DNA of 64,000 bases from an uncultured Armatimonadetes bacterium (GTDB taxonomy: Bacteria; Armatimonadota; Armatimonadia; Armatimonadales; Armatimonadaceae). Where the stretch lies: contig CAIVZM010000011.1 of the NCBI GenBank assembly GCA_903910385.1, positions 15,203 through 79,202 of the forward strand. Reading direction: 5' to 3'. Position 1 is the stretch's first letter. Every line of letters starts with the position of its first letter. Positions 46,226-57,120 of this stretch are shown here, one piece after another. Under the pieces are notes generated by a model. That model saw only the letters and a program-made list of their open reading frames with translations, had not been told where the DNA came from and did not search any database. The translations under genes and the position numbers were made by a program.

Positions 46226-48880
46226 ATGCTTGTGGTATCCCTCTGTCCTTCCCGCGCCGGAGCGCAGGACACGAGCGGCGCCAATCCGCCGCCGCCTCTC
46301 CCCCCGACTAACCCTCAGGCGGCGGAAGCGGCGGAAAAGACAGTTCCCCCCTCGCCCCAATTCGCCGATACGACGCAAAAGCCGGTGGCGCCGTCGCCCC
46401 TTGCGATTGATCGCGCCCGTAATGCTGTCCGGGATCGTCTCAAAACGCAAACGGAGCAGGAAGCGACAGCGAACACGCGCAAGGGTCGGGAGGTCAACTT
46501 TCAAACCGATGGCGAGACAATCTATAGCGAGAATAACCAGATCGTCACCTCACGCGGCAATGTGAGGGTCGAAACGTCCGGGTATATCGTTACCTGCCAG
46601 CAGGCGCAATGGGATCGCCGCCGAAACTTCGTCACAGCGGAAGGCTCCGTCGTTCTGACGGGGACTCCCTACCCGGTCTATGCCGATTATGTCCGTATCA
46701 ATACGCGAACGCGCGAATTTCAAACGCGGAACGGGCGAACCATCGTCCCTGCCGAAAATATCGGATCTCAGATCGTCCAACCGGCCTATATTTCGGGCGC
46801 GACGCTGGATCGAATCGGCAATAACTACAAGGCGACCAACGGACTCCTGACCACCTGTGACTTCCCGAATCCGCACTTCAAGATCGGCTTCCGGCAGTTA
46901 GATGTCATTCCACGCGACCGCATTGTTCTGCGTGACAATATTCTGTACCGCTATGAACGCGAAGTCGCCCGCATCAAGTATCTGACATTTCCGATCCGTG
47001 ACGAACCGCGATTCAGTTATTTGCCGGAATTCGGGCGGACGAACGAAGAGGGGTATTACGTCAAGGCGGCGCTCGGTTATGCGCTCAGTCAGACCCTGCC
47101 GGGCATTGTGCGCGTCGATGTGATGCAAAAGAAAGGCATCGGGCTGGGCTTCGATCAGGCGTATTCGCTCGGCGCTGGCGCAGCGGTCGGGACGCTCGCC
47201 CTGTACGGTCTCAACGACAAAAGCAGAGCCGCCAGTTCGTATAACGGTCGCATCAGCCATCAGCAATATCTGGGCGATACACTGGCGACCATTTCTTCCG
47301 ACTTCCAGAACAACAGTTATCAGGCGTTGACTTCCAGTTCACGCACTTCCAACACCACGCTGAATCTGGATCGCTCTATCGGCAAAAGGCGCACCAGCGG
47401 CAGTATCACTTACGGGCGTAGCGACTACGGAACCAGCAACAGCGACAACACTTCGTATACCTTCTCCCAGATCGAACCGCTGGGTCAGCGGGGAAATATC
47501 ACCTTCCGGTTGAACGGCTCGGATACGACATCGCGCAATACGTTCAACGACATCATCACCCGCTCCGGACGCGCCGAACAATCCGCCGACCTGACCGCCA
47601 GCGGTTCTCTGGGCATTTTCGATGCGAATCTGAGCGCCAACAAAAACCTGTTCAGTCGCGATAAGAGCGGCGGTTCCTCCCCCTTCTTCGGGACACAGAA
47701 ACTGCCCGACTTTGTGATGACAACCAATCTGGATCGCCTCCTCGGCGTTGATCGTAACGCTTCCGGTTCGTCAAACTCCCTGCGTCCCCGGACGTCTCGA
47801 CCCAATCAACGTGGCGCAGACAGAAACGATACGGGTTCCGACAGAACCGGGTCCGATGCGAGCGGGCAGGGGACGACTCCCGAGGAAACGCCGCGCGAAA
47901 GTTTCCAGAGCAAACTGGTCCAGGTACTGCCGTTGCGCTTTTCCTTTGGATATGGACGCTTTCTGGAAAATATCACACGGTTCAATACCGGAGGAGGGAC
48001 TTCCACGTCCGTCGTCGTACCCGTGACAACGAACCGACTGCTTTTCAATGCGGAAACCAGTCGCGACCCGCAGTTTTCGCTCACACCGGGCGGTAATCTG
48101 ACGGTCACTGCAGGCGGCGGATTCCGGCAAACCGTCTACCGGCAGGATGCCGCGCAGTACATCATTACCGGACGGTCGAATCTGCGCCAACGCCTTGGGG
48201 AAAACTCGTCGTTCAATGTGAACTACAACTATCAGCGGCCTTATGGCGGAACCCCTGCGGACTTTCGTCTGGATCGTATCGGGGCCTTCAATAATGTCGG
48301 TCTGAATGCGAATGTCGATACCTACCGTACGCGATTGGGCGTCACCACCGGATACGATATCGAACGCGCCGGGGCGGACTTGCCCGCGGGAATCTCCAAG
48401 AATCCCTGGCAGAATCTGGGTGTCCAGTTGGGTCTTCGCCCCTCCGACTGGTTCCAGACCCGGTTCACGACTACTTATGACATCAACCACGGGAAGTGGC
48501 TGGATTTGACCAACCGGATGCGTTTTCGGGGGTTGAATTTCTTCGCGCTGGATACCAGTTTCCGCTATGATCCCATGCGCCATAAATTTCCGCAGCTTAC
48601 CAGCGCCCTGACAATTCCGCTGTTCTCCAAAGATGTCTTCCTGAACGCATTAAATGGATACAACGGCATCAGCTACAAATGGGACTATCAGCGGTACTCC
48701 GTCACCTGGCGTTTCCATGATTACGAATACCTGTTTTCGTATGTCGATCAGCCCTACGGCTACCGCAGTGAACGGGGCTTCAACTTCTCCATCCGCCTCC
48801 GCGCCCTCCCGCAAGCCACCGTTTCGACAACGGGTCAGTTCGGAACCGCCATCGATACCGGTTCTGGCGAAGTGTTTTAA
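46226..48880 (+). CDS. LptD/OstA-like outer-membrane LPS-assembly protein (OstA-like N-domain + large beta-barrel region)
   Basis: Start moved to ATG (MLVVSLCPSRAGA signal) just after the lptF/G stop. The track ORF overlapped lptF/G by 210 nt. N-terminal LptA/OstA-like fold (…VTSRGNVRVETSGYIVTCQQAQWDRRRNFVTAEGSVVL), then about 700 aa rich in beta-strand residues. Confidence 0.55.
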   Translation: MLVVSLCPSRAGAQDTSGANPPPPLPPTNPQAAEAAEKTVPPSPQFADTTQKPVAPSPLAIDRARNAVRDRLKTQTEQEATANTRKGREVNFQTDGETIYSENNQIVTSRGNVRVETSGYIVTCQQAQWDRRRNFVTAEGSVVLTGTPYPVYADYVRINTRTREFQTRNGRTIVPAENIGSQIVQPAYISGATLDRIGNNYKATNGLLTTCDFPNPHFKIGFRQLDVIPRDRIVLRDNILYRYEREVARIKYLTFPIRDEPRFSYLPEFGRTNEEGYYVKAALGYALSQTLPGIVRVDVMQKKGIGLGFDQAYSLGAGAAVGTLALYGLNDKSRAASSYNGRISHQQYLGDTLATISSDFQNNSYQALTSSSRTSNTTLNLDRSIGKRRTSGSITYGRSDYGTSNSDNTSYTFSQIEPLGQRGNITFRLNGSDTTSRNTFNDIITRSGRAEQSADLTASGSLGIFDANLSANKNLFSRDKSGGSSPFFGTQKLPDFVMTTNLDRLLGVDRNASGSSNSLRPRTSRPNQRGADRNDTGSDRTGSDASGQGTTPEETPRESFQSKLVQVLPLRFSFGYGRFLENITRFNTGGGTSTSVVVPVTTNRLLFNAETSRDPQFSLTPGGNLTVTAGGGFRQTVYRQDAAQYIITGRSNLRQRLGENSSFNVNYNYQRPYGGTPADFRLDRIGAFNNVGLNANVDTYRTRLGVTTGYDIERAGADLPAGISKNPWQNLGVQLGLRPSDWFQTRFTTTYDINHGKWLDLTNRMRFRGLNFFALDTSFRYDPMRHKFPQLTSALTIPLFSKDVFLNALNGYNGISYKWDYQRYSVTWRFHDYEYLFSYVDQPYGYRSERGFNFSIRLRALPQATVSTTGQFGTAIDTGSGEVF

Positions 48881-48976
48881 GTTAAGACTTTTCTTATTTC
48901 TGCCTGTTAGCATAAAACGATGAGAGCATTTGTTGAAAACAGGGTATGATTTCGGCTACAGTATCAGGGGAGAATA

Positions 48977-49795
48977 ATGGTTATGCGTTTAGCCGGAAGA
49001 GTCGCTCTTGTTACAGGCGCATCCAGTGGAATCGGTCGGGCGATAGCCCTGCGCTTCGCCGCAGAAGGGGCAAAAGTCATTGTCAACTATCTGGGCGGGC
49101 CGGACGGCGACCCGAAAGCGGCAAGTCGCAAGGCGGATGCGGAAGCAGTCGTCGCCGCTTGCGGCGGCCCGGACAGGGCAATCGCAATCGCGGCGGATGT
49201 TTCGGTCCGCGAACAGGTAGAGGCTCTGGTGCAGGGTGGAGTCGCCGCGTTCGGTCGTCTCGATATCGCGGTGAACAACGCCGGAATCGAGATCAAGAAA
49301 CCCTTCCTCGAAGTCACGGATCATGAGTGGGACCTGGTGATTGCCGTCAATCTACGCGGTCCGTTTCTGGTGACCCAGACAGCGGTCAGGCAGATGATGG
49401 CGCAGGAACCGCTTCCCGATATGGAAGCCCGTGGCAAAATCGTCAACATCTCCTCCACCCACGAAGACATCCCCTTTCCGCAATACACCGCCTATTGCGC
49501 GAGTAAAGGCGGCGTTCGCATGCTGACGCGCAACCTCGCGATTGAACTATCGCCGATGAAAATCAATATTAATAGTGTGGCGCCCGGCGCTATCGCCACG
49601 CCTATCAATCAATCCGTCCTTCAAGACCCTCAGGAAACGAAAAACGCCCTGAGCGAAATTCCCTGGGGACGATTCGGCAAGCCGGAAGAGGTGGCGGGCA
49701 TGGTCGTCTGGCTCGCCTCCCCCGAAGCGGACTATGTCTCCGGTTCCACTTTCTATCAGGACGGCGCTCTGGCGCTTCAGGTAACCCAGTACTGA
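48977..49795 (+). CDS. SDR-family NAD(P)-dependent oxidoreductase (glucose-1-dehydrogenase-like)
   Basis: TGASSGIGRAIA cofactor motif, NNAG, and catalytic Y..K (YCASKGG). Confidence 0.85.
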   Translation: MVMRLAGRVALVTGASSGIGRAIALRFAAEGAKVIVNYLGGPDGDPKAASRKADAEAVVAACGGPDRAIAIAADVSVREQVEALVQGGVAAFGRLDIAVNNAGIEIKKPFLEVTDHEWDLVIAVNLRGPFLVTQTAVRQMMAQEPLPDMEARGKIVNISSTHEDIPFPQYTAYCASKGGVRMLTRNLAIELSPMKININSVAPGAIATPINQSVLQDPQETKNALSEIPWGRFGKPEEVAGMVVWLASPEADYVSGSTFYQDGALALQVTQY

Positions 49796-49870
49796 CTAAC
49801 CCAGTACTGACGCTGTATTCATTCCTAACGTGAGCGAGGCGAGCGTGGAACTCAACAAAGCGAGGCGATC

Positions 49871-52639
49871 GTGGAACCCAATAATGAAGAGCAAAAGCGG
49901 TTGGATCAGGCGAAGGGCGACCCCGATGGGTGGCGGCTCTGGGGGCCATATCTGGCGGAACGCGCCTGGGGAACGGTACGCGAAGATTATAGCGCGGATG
50001 GTAGCTCATGGACTTACTTCCCTCACGATCACGCACGGTCACGCACCTACCGGTGGAACGAGGACGGACTATGCGGCATCAGCGATATCCGTCAATATCT
50101 CTGTTTCGGTTTGACACTCTGGAATGGACAGGACGCTATTCTCAAGGAACGCCTGTTCGGTCTGACCGGACCGGAAGGCAATCATGGCGAAGATGTTAAG
50201 GAATATTACTACTATCTGGATGCAACGCCGACGCATTCCTACCTGAAATGCCTGTATAAGTACCCCCACCGGGCGTTTCCCTATGCCGATCTGGTCGCGA
50301 CAAATCGGAGCAGGGGTCGTCATGAGTCCGAGTATGAATTGATCGATACCGGAATATTTGGGGAGAATCGCTATTTCGATATTTTTGTCGAGTACGCCAA
50401 AGCGACCCCGGAAGATATCGCAATTCGGATTACCATCCATAACCGAGGACCGGAGGACGCGTCGTTACACCTGTTACCAACGCTGTGGTTTCGAAATACG
50501 TGGTCCTGGGGCAATGATGATCGCCATCCTTCCCTCAGCGCCGATGTAAGCGGGGATTACTCGGGCAATCAATGCGTCGGGATTCGCGCTTCCCACTTTG
50601 CGTTGGGGACGCAGTACCTGATCTGTAACGATACCGTGACAATCACTCAGGCAAACGGGGAAAATTCCGAAACACTTGCCCTGACGCCCGAATTGCTATT
50701 CTGTGAGAACGAAACCAATCATCAGCGGGTATTCGGCGTTCCCAATCAGACGCCCTACCCCAAAGACGCCTTTCATGCGCGCATTATCGGCAGCGATACG
50801 CGCGCCGTCAATCCGCAACACATCGGAACGAAAGCGGTTGCATGGTATCCCCTGAACATTCCGGGAGGCGGTTCCGCAATCGTAAAACTGCGTTTACGTC
50901 CTACAGCGCCACATCTGCTGGAATTGCCGGGGATGTTCGCAAAGGAATCGTTCGATGCGCTGTTTGAAACGCGAATTGCCGAGGCGGACGCCTTTTATTC
51001 TCCCTTTACCTTGCCTATGGATGGTAAACCGCTCTCCGAAGATGGGTGTCGCGTTCAAAGGCAGGCATTCGCCGGGTTGATATGGTCGAAACAGTTCTAT
51101 CATTACGATGTGCAGAAATGGATAGAGGGAGACCCCGCCTCGCCCACGCCGCCGGCGCAACGCAAAAAGGGACGTAACTCCGATTGGCGCACCGCTTCCA
51201 TGCGCGATGTCCTTTCCATGCCGGATACCTGGGAGTACCCCTGGTTCGCCGCCTGGGACTTAGCCTTCCATATGATTCCCTTCGCCATGATTGATCCGGA
51301 CTTCGCCAAGCACCAACTCCTGACGCTCTGCCGGGAATGGTACATGCACCCCAGTGGGAAAATTCCGGCGTACGAATGGAGTTTTGATGATGTCAACCCT
51401 CCGGTGCTGTCCTGGGCCGCTCTGCGCATTTATAAAATAGAGCGCAAAGCAATGGGAAAAGAACGCAACGAACCGGGCGATACCGATTTCCTGGAGCGGA
51501 TTTTCCATAAACTGCTCCTCAATTTCACCTGGTGGGTCAATCGGAAGGATACGGAAGGGAACAACGTCTTCGAAGGCGGCTTTCTCGGGTTGGATAATAT
51601 CGGGGTCTTCGACCGCTCCGCTCCGCTTCCGGAGGGGATGTCACTGGAACAGTGCGACGGAACCGCCTGGATGGCGATGTTCTGCCTGAATATGCTGGCG
51701 ATTGCTCTGGAATTGACGCGAGTGAATCCCGCCTATCAGGATGTCGCCACCAAATTCGCCGAACACTTCGTTTATATCGCGCATGCCCTGACGCAAATGG
51801 GCGATGATGGTCTTGCGATGTGGGATGAAAAGGACGGCTTTTTCTACGACATTTTGCGTCAACAAAGTAAAGAGAACGCGGAATCGTTTATGCCGATGCG
51901 AATCCGCTCCATCGTCGGGCTGATTCCCCTGTTTGCGGTGGAAGCCTTTGATTCAGATGCTCTCAATGTCGCCCCGGACTTTCTTCAACGCATGGAATGG
52001 TTCCTGCGCCATCGTCCCGGTATGGCAAAAGATATCGCCCATATAACGAAACGAGGACAGCAAGACCGAATCTTATTTTCCTTGATCAATCCAGACCGCT
52101 TGCACCGTATTCTGTCCGTTGTTCTTGATGAAAACGAATTTCTGGCGCCGCATGGCATTCGCGCTTTATCCCGCTATCACAAAGACCATCCCTTTGTCTG
52201 TACCCTGAACGGAATGAATATGAGCATCGGATATGAACCGGCAGAATCTATGTCAGGATTGTTCGGGGGCAATTCCAACTGGCGCGGACCGATCTGGTTT
52301 CCTATCAACTTCCTGTTAATCGAGGCGTTGCAAAAATACGATTATGTCTACGGCGGTGAGTTTATGATCGAATACCCCACCGGAAGCGGCCACCAGTATG
52401 ATTTGTGGAATATAGCGGCGTTATTGTCCCGGCGACTTTCCGCCCTGTTCCTGCAAGATTCCGAAGGGAAGCGCCCCGTTTTCGGCAACAACCTCACCTT
52501 TCAGTCTGACCCGGACTGGCGCGATCATATACTCTTCTACGAATACTTCCATGGAGACAATGGAGCCGGGATCGGCGCCAGCCATCAAACGGGATGGACG
52601 GCTTTAGTGGCTAAACTGCTGGCGCAAAGCGGTGAATAA
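49871..52639 (+). CDS. GH63-like glycoside hydrolase (MGH1/mannosylglycerate hydrolase-type, cytoplasmic)
   Basis: GTG start with GAGG 5 nt upstream. N-terminal W(R)LWGPYLAERAWGTVREDYS…YFPHDHARSRTYRWNEDGL block characteristic of bacterial GH63/MGH1-like enzymes. (alpha/alpha)6 region with acidic catalytic residues. Confidence 0.7.
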   Translation: MEPNNEEQKRLDQAKGDPDGWRLWGPYLAERAWGTVREDYSADGSSWTYFPHDHARSRTYRWNEDGLCGISDIRQYLCFGLTLWNGQDAILKERLFGLTGPEGNHGEDVKEYYYYLDATPTHSYLKCLYKYPHRAFPYADLVATNRSRGRHESEYELIDTGIFGENRYFDIFVEYAKATPEDIAIRITIHNRGPEDASLHLLPTLWFRNTWSWGNDDRHPSLSADVSGDYSGNQCVGIRASHFALGTQYLICNDTVTITQANGENSETLALTPELLFCENETNHQRVFGVPNQTPYPKDAFHARIIGSDTRAVNPQHIGTKAVAWYPLNIPGGGSAIVKLRLRPTAPHLLELPGMFAKESFDALFETRIAEADAFYSPFTLPMDGKPLSEDGCRVQRQAFAGLIWSKQFYHYDVQKWIEGDPASPTPPAQRKKGRNSDWRTASMRDVLSMPDTWEYPWFAAWDLAFHMIPFAMIDPDFAKHQLLTLCREWYMHPSGKIPAYEWSFDDVNPPVLSWAALRIYKIERKAMGKERNEPGDTDFLERIFHKLLLNFTWWVNRKDTEGNNVFEGGFLGLDNIGVFDRSAPLPEGMSLEQCDGTAWMAMFCLNMLAIALELTRVNPAYQDVATKFAEHFVYIAHALTQMGDDGLAMWDEKDGFFYDILRQQSKENAESFMPMRIRSIVGLIPLFAVEAFDSDALNVAPDFLQRMEWFLRHRPGMAKDIAHITKRGQQDRILFSLINPDRLHRILSVVLDENEFLAPHGIRALSRYHKDHPFVCTLNGMNMSIGYEPAESMSGLFGGNSNWRGPIWFPINFLLIEALQKYDYVYGGEFMIEYPTGSGHQYDLWNIAALLSRRLSALFLQDSEGKRPVFGNNLTFQSDPDWRDHILFYEYFHGDNGAGIGASHQTGWTALVAKLLAQSGE

Positions 52640-52658
52640 GGCAAAACCTGAAAGTAAA

Positions 52659-53339
52659 TCACTGGGTTTTAGTATGCGCTTCGGAGACACTTACCAGACG
52701 ATACTCCCGGGCTAAAAGACGATCGATGACACGGGGCAGCGCCTCGGCGGTATGCCATCCCCTGCCGTTGATATGGAATATGAGAATTGAGCCCGGATGC
52801 AGGGGGCGTAAAACGTCCTCTATAATGTCCGGACTTTTCTGTTTGGGATCAGGATCGCCCGATTCACAATCCCACATCACCGTCTTTAGCCCAACGCTCG
52901 CCGCCACTGTGACCACGCGCTCGTTATAATCGCCAAAGGGCGGACGAAAGAGCGTTCCCTGTCTGCCTGTCAGGCGAAACTGTACATCCTGTGTACGATT
53001 GAGTTCATCACGGATCGCTGCATCGGAGAGGCGCGGAAGATGCGGATGGCTGTAAGTATGATTCCCAATCTCGAAATTCGGATCGTGCGCGAGATCTCGC
53101 GTTGCATCGGGAAAATGCTCCATCCACTTCCCGCCCAGAAAAAATGTCGCTGGGACGCGTTTTTCCCGCAGGATGCGCGTGATTCGGGCGTCATAGCGGC
53201 TCGGACTCTGCGCCCAGCAAGCGTCAAAGGTAAGCGCGGCGATACGGGAACGCGTATGGCGTTTGCCATCCAGCAAGGTCGGCGGAATCGGAGGAAGCGG
53301 CGGTCTTAAAGGTGAGTCGTGCAGAGGAGAAACAGGCAT
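52659..53339 (-). CDS. polysaccharide deacetylase (CE4, NodB homology domain)
   Basis: TFDAC (motif 1 Asp), HTYSHP (His-His metal motif) and RPPFG (motif 3). Confidence 0.75.
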   Translation of the reverse strand: MPVSPLHDSPLRPPLPPIPPTLLDGKRHTRSRIAALTFDACWAQSPSRYDARITRILREKRVPATFFLGGKWMEHFPDATRDLAHDPNFEIGNHTYSHPHLPRLSDAAIRDELNRTQDVQFRLTGRQGTLFRPPFGDYNERVVTVAASVGLKTVMWDCESGDPDPKQKSPDIIEDVLRPLHPGSILIFHINGRGWHTAEALPRVIDRLLAREYRLVSVSEAHTKTQ

Positions 53340-53370
53340 TTATGGATTATCTCTGGCTCATTATATTCGT

Positions 53371-54264
53371 TTAATCCTTCCCATGCTGCCAACCGCGCAG
53401 GGTATCGTGGAGTCGCTGGGTGTCTTCGGTTGTGGAAGACAGAGAATTAGCCCTGTCGCGGGCGACTAAGCGGAGCGATGGATAGGGAGTCTTGAGAGGA
53501 AGAGTGAGGGACGCTCCGATCAGATTGCTGGTCGAATGGTGTAATCTCGGGTCTCCCGCAACGATATCTCTGGGTATAGTGATGATTTGCGTCTCGCCGA
53601 TGAAGAGCAAGCGCTCAGGGAAGAGGGAGAGCCAGCCGATATCAGGGGCGATTTCCCCTTTTCTTTGATTTGAGCGTATCTCGACGAAGGATCGGGCTTC
53701 CGGGACTTCCGCGTTGCGTTCCCGCAAAAGCCGCGCCTCTTTTCGCGCCAGAATACGTTGCGCCCGGCTGTTTCCCAATAAGGCGAGATGATCCAGTGCA
53801 AAGTAGAGCATCGCCCAGGTCGCGATTATTCCCAGCAAAACGGACACATCGAAACGCCAGCCTTCAACAATGCCCCAGAGCAGTCCCCCCTGCGCCATCC
53901 AGTTCAGGATGGGCGCCAGCAGACTTCCGCCACGTTCCCATCCGAATGCCCGCGCTATCCCTTCCAGAATCGCCCAGAAGGCATACCCGAATATCCAGAC
54001 ACTAATTACGCCCCCTGCAAAGGCAAAGGCGGTAAGCGTCGTCAGCAATGCGGCAGGTATGTTCCCATAGGCGATTTCGCCACGCTGTGCGGGAGAGCGT
54101 TCGATACGCAAACCATCAGCGAGGACAGTCGGAGCGTTGGATGGTGGGTATCCGGTCTGCATTGTTTTCATTGTACCCGTTAGCAGGAAAAGGCATAGGG
54201 GCGGAGTAAATTTATACATGGACGCCGATTCAGGATGGACAGAGGAAAGCGTCAAGGCATTCAC
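53371..54264 (-). CDS. hypothetical membrane protein
   Basis: Several TM helices in the N-terminal half. No assignable domain. Confidence 0.45.
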   Translation of the reverse strand: MNALTLSSVHPESASMYKFTPPLCLFLLTGTMKTMQTGYPPSNAPTVLADGLRIERSPAQRGEIAYGNIPAALLTTLTAFAFAGGVISVWIFGYAFWAILEGIARAFGWERGGSLLAPILNWMAQGGLLWGIVEGWRFDVSVLLGIIATWAMLYFALDHLALLGNSRAQRILARKEARLLRERNAEVPEARSFVEIRSNQRKGEIAPDIGWLSLFPERLLFIGETQIITIPRDIVAGDPRLHHSTSNLIGASLTLPLKTPYPSLRLVARDRANSLSSTTEDTQRLHDTLRGWQHGKD

Positions 54265-54281
54265 AGTCAGGAAATAAACTC

Positions 54282-55046
54282 ATGTCAAACAAAATACCTA
54301 TAGCCCTGCAAATGTACACGTTGCGCGACGATGCAGAGAAAGACTTTGCAGGTACGATCAAGCAAGTTGCCGCCCTTGGTTACTATGGCGTTGAACTGGC
54401 GGGCTACTCAGGACACAGCGCCGCCGAAGTCAAGCAAATTCTGGAGGACAACAATCTGAAAGTGGTCGGCGGTCACGTCGGCTATGACCAGATCCTCGGC
54501 GATCCCGAAAAAGTCATTGAGGAATACTCCGCTTTTGGCGCGAAATATGTCGCCATTCCCTGGATCGGCGAGGACAAGCGCCAGACCCTGGATGACTACA
54601 AAAAACTGGGCGCGACATTCTCCGAGTTGGGCGCAAAATTGAAGCCCGCCGGTATCACCCTTTGCTACCATAACCACGCCTTCGAGTTTGAGAAATTCGG
54701 GGGGGACGAGTACGGATTCGATGCCCTGTTCGCCGCCGCCGATCCCTCGCTTCTGCAGGTGGAGATGGACACTTACTGGGTGAAGAAGGGTGGCGAGGAA
54801 CCGGACGCTTATCTCCGCAAGTATGCCAATCGCGTCCCACTCGTCCACCTCAAAGATATGGGTGAAGATGGCGATTTCCGACCGGTAGGGGAAGGAACGA
54901 TAGATTATCCATCCCTGTTCACCGCTGCAGAGGAAGCCGCAGGGACCGAATATTACATCGTGGAGCAGGATGTCTGCCGTACCGCAACCCCCCTGGAAAG
55001 CGTCGCCATTTCCATTGGCAACCTGAAAAAGTGGGGCAAGTTGTAG
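54282..55046 (+). CDS. sugar phosphate isomerase/epimerase (xylose-isomerase-like TIM barrel)
   Basis: AP_endonuc_2/xylose isomerase-like TIM signature (…GYYGVELAG…; HNHAFEF; EMDTYW; VHLKD). Confidence 0.7.
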   Translation: MSNKIPIALQMYTLRDDAEKDFAGTIKQVAALGYYGVELAGYSGHSAAEVKQILEDNNLKVVGGHVGYDQILGDPEKVIEEYSAFGAKYVAIPWIGEDKRQTLDDYKKLGATFSELGAKLKPAGITLCYHNHAFEFEKFGGDEYGFDALFAAADPSLLQVEMDTYWVKKGGEEPDAYLRKYANRVPLVHLKDMGEDGDFRPVGEGTIDYPSLFTAAEEAAGTEYYIVEQDVCRTATPLESVAISIGNLKKWGKL

Positions 55047-55110
55047 TCCCAGTTCTCAACACTGTATCGTCCTTGATTCGGTCGCATTTGCGATAAATCG
55101 ACGAAAACAG

Positions 55111-55160
55111 AAAACTCTCAAGGGGCGGAACGCTGTAGCGTTCCGCCCCTTGAGAGTTTT
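55111..55160. terminator. bidirectional terminator: perfect 23-bp inverted repeat with 4-nt loop, flanked by A/T runs
   Basis: AAAACTCTCAAGGGGCGGAACGC-tgta-GCGTTCCGCCCCTTGAGAGTTTT between convergent isomerase (+) and proS (-) genes. U-tracts are available on both strands. Confidence 0.8.
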
Positions 55161-55187
55161 AAGGCGACTCGAACCGTGAATCTCAGA

Positions 55188-56909
55188 TCAGGACAAATCG
55201 GACAGTAAGGCGACCACCGTATTTGCGGCTTCAGCGACCGGCGCTTCACGGGCGGAATTCGAGTTCTTTCGGACTTTGATTTCGACCGTCCCGTTCGCCA
55301 GTCCCTTACCGATCACGACGCGAACTGGGATACCTATCAGATCGGCATCCTTGAACTTGATTCCGGCGCGTTCGTCCCGGTCATCCAGAAGGACATCGAC
55401 GCCGCGTGCACGAAGGGCGTCATGCAGTTCCTGCCCCGCCTTAACCAACGCCTCGTCCTTGATATAAGTGACCACGATGATAACCGAGAAAGGAGCTACC
55501 GCTACCGGCCAGATGATGCCGTCCTTATCGTGGGAATTTTCAATGAGCGCCGCCAGCAATCGGGTAATCCCGATGCCATAGGAACCCATTTGAATCGGTT
55601 TCGCCGCGCCGCTTTCCTCCGTATAGTTAGCGCCCATGGGCGCGCTATACTTGGAGCCTAATTTGAAGATATGCCCGACCTCGATGCCTCGCGCATCTTC
55701 CAGTTTCTCAGTCCGGCAGGAGGGACATAAATCCTTGGCGACCGCCACGCGAATATCGGCATACTCTGTGGGTGAAAAGTCACGCCCGAGATTCACATGG
55801 ACATAATGCGCATCCGCCTGATTCGCTCCGGCGATAAAGTTTCGCATGGTGAGCAGGGAGTTATCGGCGATCAAACGCAGACCGATGACGCCAACAGGCC
55901 CTGCAAAGCCCACCGGCGCTCCGGTTATACGTTCCACTGTCGCCGAATCCGCCAATCCCAGCGATTCCGCTTTCAGAAGGCGACGCAGTTTGATCTCGTT
56001 GACCTCATGGTCTCCGCGCACCAGTACCGCTACCGGCGTCCCATCCGCGACATAGATCAGCGTTTTGACCAGATTATTGGCGGAAGTGCCCAGTAAACCC
56101 GCTACCTCGTCGATAGTGCGTGCGCCCGGCGTACTCACCATTTCCAGAGGCTTGTCGCCATTGCTCGCCGGAGCGGAAGACAGAACGCTTTCCGGCGTCA
56201 ATACCGTGCAACGTTCCGCATTGGCGGCGTATCCGCAGTTCGGACAGAGAAGGATGGTATCCTCCCCAGACTCAGAAAGAACCATGAATTCATGGTTGTC
56301 CAGATCGCCAATCGCGCCGCCATCCGCTTCCGCTGTAACTACGGGCAGTTGAATGCGGGCGAAGAAATTGTCATACGCGCCTTTGAGTTTCTGGTAGCTC
56401 ACATCCATACCTGCCTCGTCACGATCAAACGAGTAGGCGTCGAACATGATGAATTCGCGCGTTCGGATCATTCCGCCGCGTGGGCGAGGTTCATCACGAA
56501 ACTTCGTCTGATTCTGGTACAGAAGACGAGGCAAATCGCGCCACGAGCGCATATCACGCCGGGCGATATCAGTCATGACCTCTTCGTGTGTGAAGCCGAG
56601 AGCGAATTCCGCTTCGCGGCGGTCTTGTAGTTTGTAAACCACATCGACATTCCAGCGCCCGGTTTCTTCCAGCATTTCACGAGGATGAAGGGTGGGCATA
56701 CGCATTTCCGCGCAGGCGATAGCATCCATTTCGTCGCGCAGAACGCTTTCGATCTTCTGGACGACACGCCAACCGAGGGGCAACAGAGTATATACCCCGG
56801 CGCTGAGTTTGCGAACGAACCCGGCGCGAAGCAATAATTGATGAGAGACGAGCTCCGCTTCCGCCGGGACATCGCGGAGGGTAGGGATAAAGTATTCTGA
56901 ATATTTCAA
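55188..56909 (-). CDS. proS: proline--tRNA ligase (bacterial type with editing domain)
   Basis: Class II aaRS motifs and a YbaK-like insertion. Start moved to TTG giving MKYSEYFIPTLRDVPAEAELVSHQLLLRAG, matching the ProS N-terminal consensus. A TATAAT lies upstream at about 56970-56975. Confidence 0.85.
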   Translation of the reverse strand: MKYSEYFIPTLRDVPAEAELVSHQLLLRAGFVRKLSAGVYTLLPLGWRVVQKIESVLRDEMDAIACAEMRMPTLHPREMLEETGRWNVDVVYKLQDRREAEFALGFTHEEVMTDIARRDMRSWRDLPRLLYQNQTKFRDEPRPRGGMIRTREFIMFDAYSFDRDEAGMDVSYQKLKGAYDNFFARIQLPVVTAEADGGAIGDLDNHEFMVLSESGEDTILLCPNCGYAANAERCTVLTPESVLSSAPASNGDKPLEMVSTPGARTIDEVAGLLGTSANNLVKTLIYVADGTPVAVLVRGDHEVNEIKLRRLLKAESLGLADSATVERITGAPVGFAGPVGVIGLRLIADNSLLTMRNFIAGANQADAHYVHVNLGRDFSPTEYADIRVAVAKDLCPSCRTEKLEDARGIEVGHIFKLGSKYSAPMGANYTEESGAAKPIQMGSYGIGITRLLAALIENSHDKDGIIWPVAVAPFSVIIVVTYIKDEALVKAGQELHDALRARGVDVLLDDRDERAGIKFKDADLIGIPVRVVIGKGLANGTVEIKVRKNSNSAREAPVAEAANTVVALLSDLS

Positions 56910-57120
56910 CGTTGTGAAGTCTTTTTGCGCCCCGCATGTGACGCGCACGAGGGAATGGAATAGTAGTCTATTATAGCGGTGGAAACGGGGCGGACGCAAA
57001 CCCCGATATCCTGAAAGGGCTTTTTAATTTTTGCAGACGAAATTATTCGCTCCGAAGGCAATGACGCCTAGCGAGCAAATAAATATAACGTCACTATGCT
57101 TTAATAGTAAGGAATAGCGG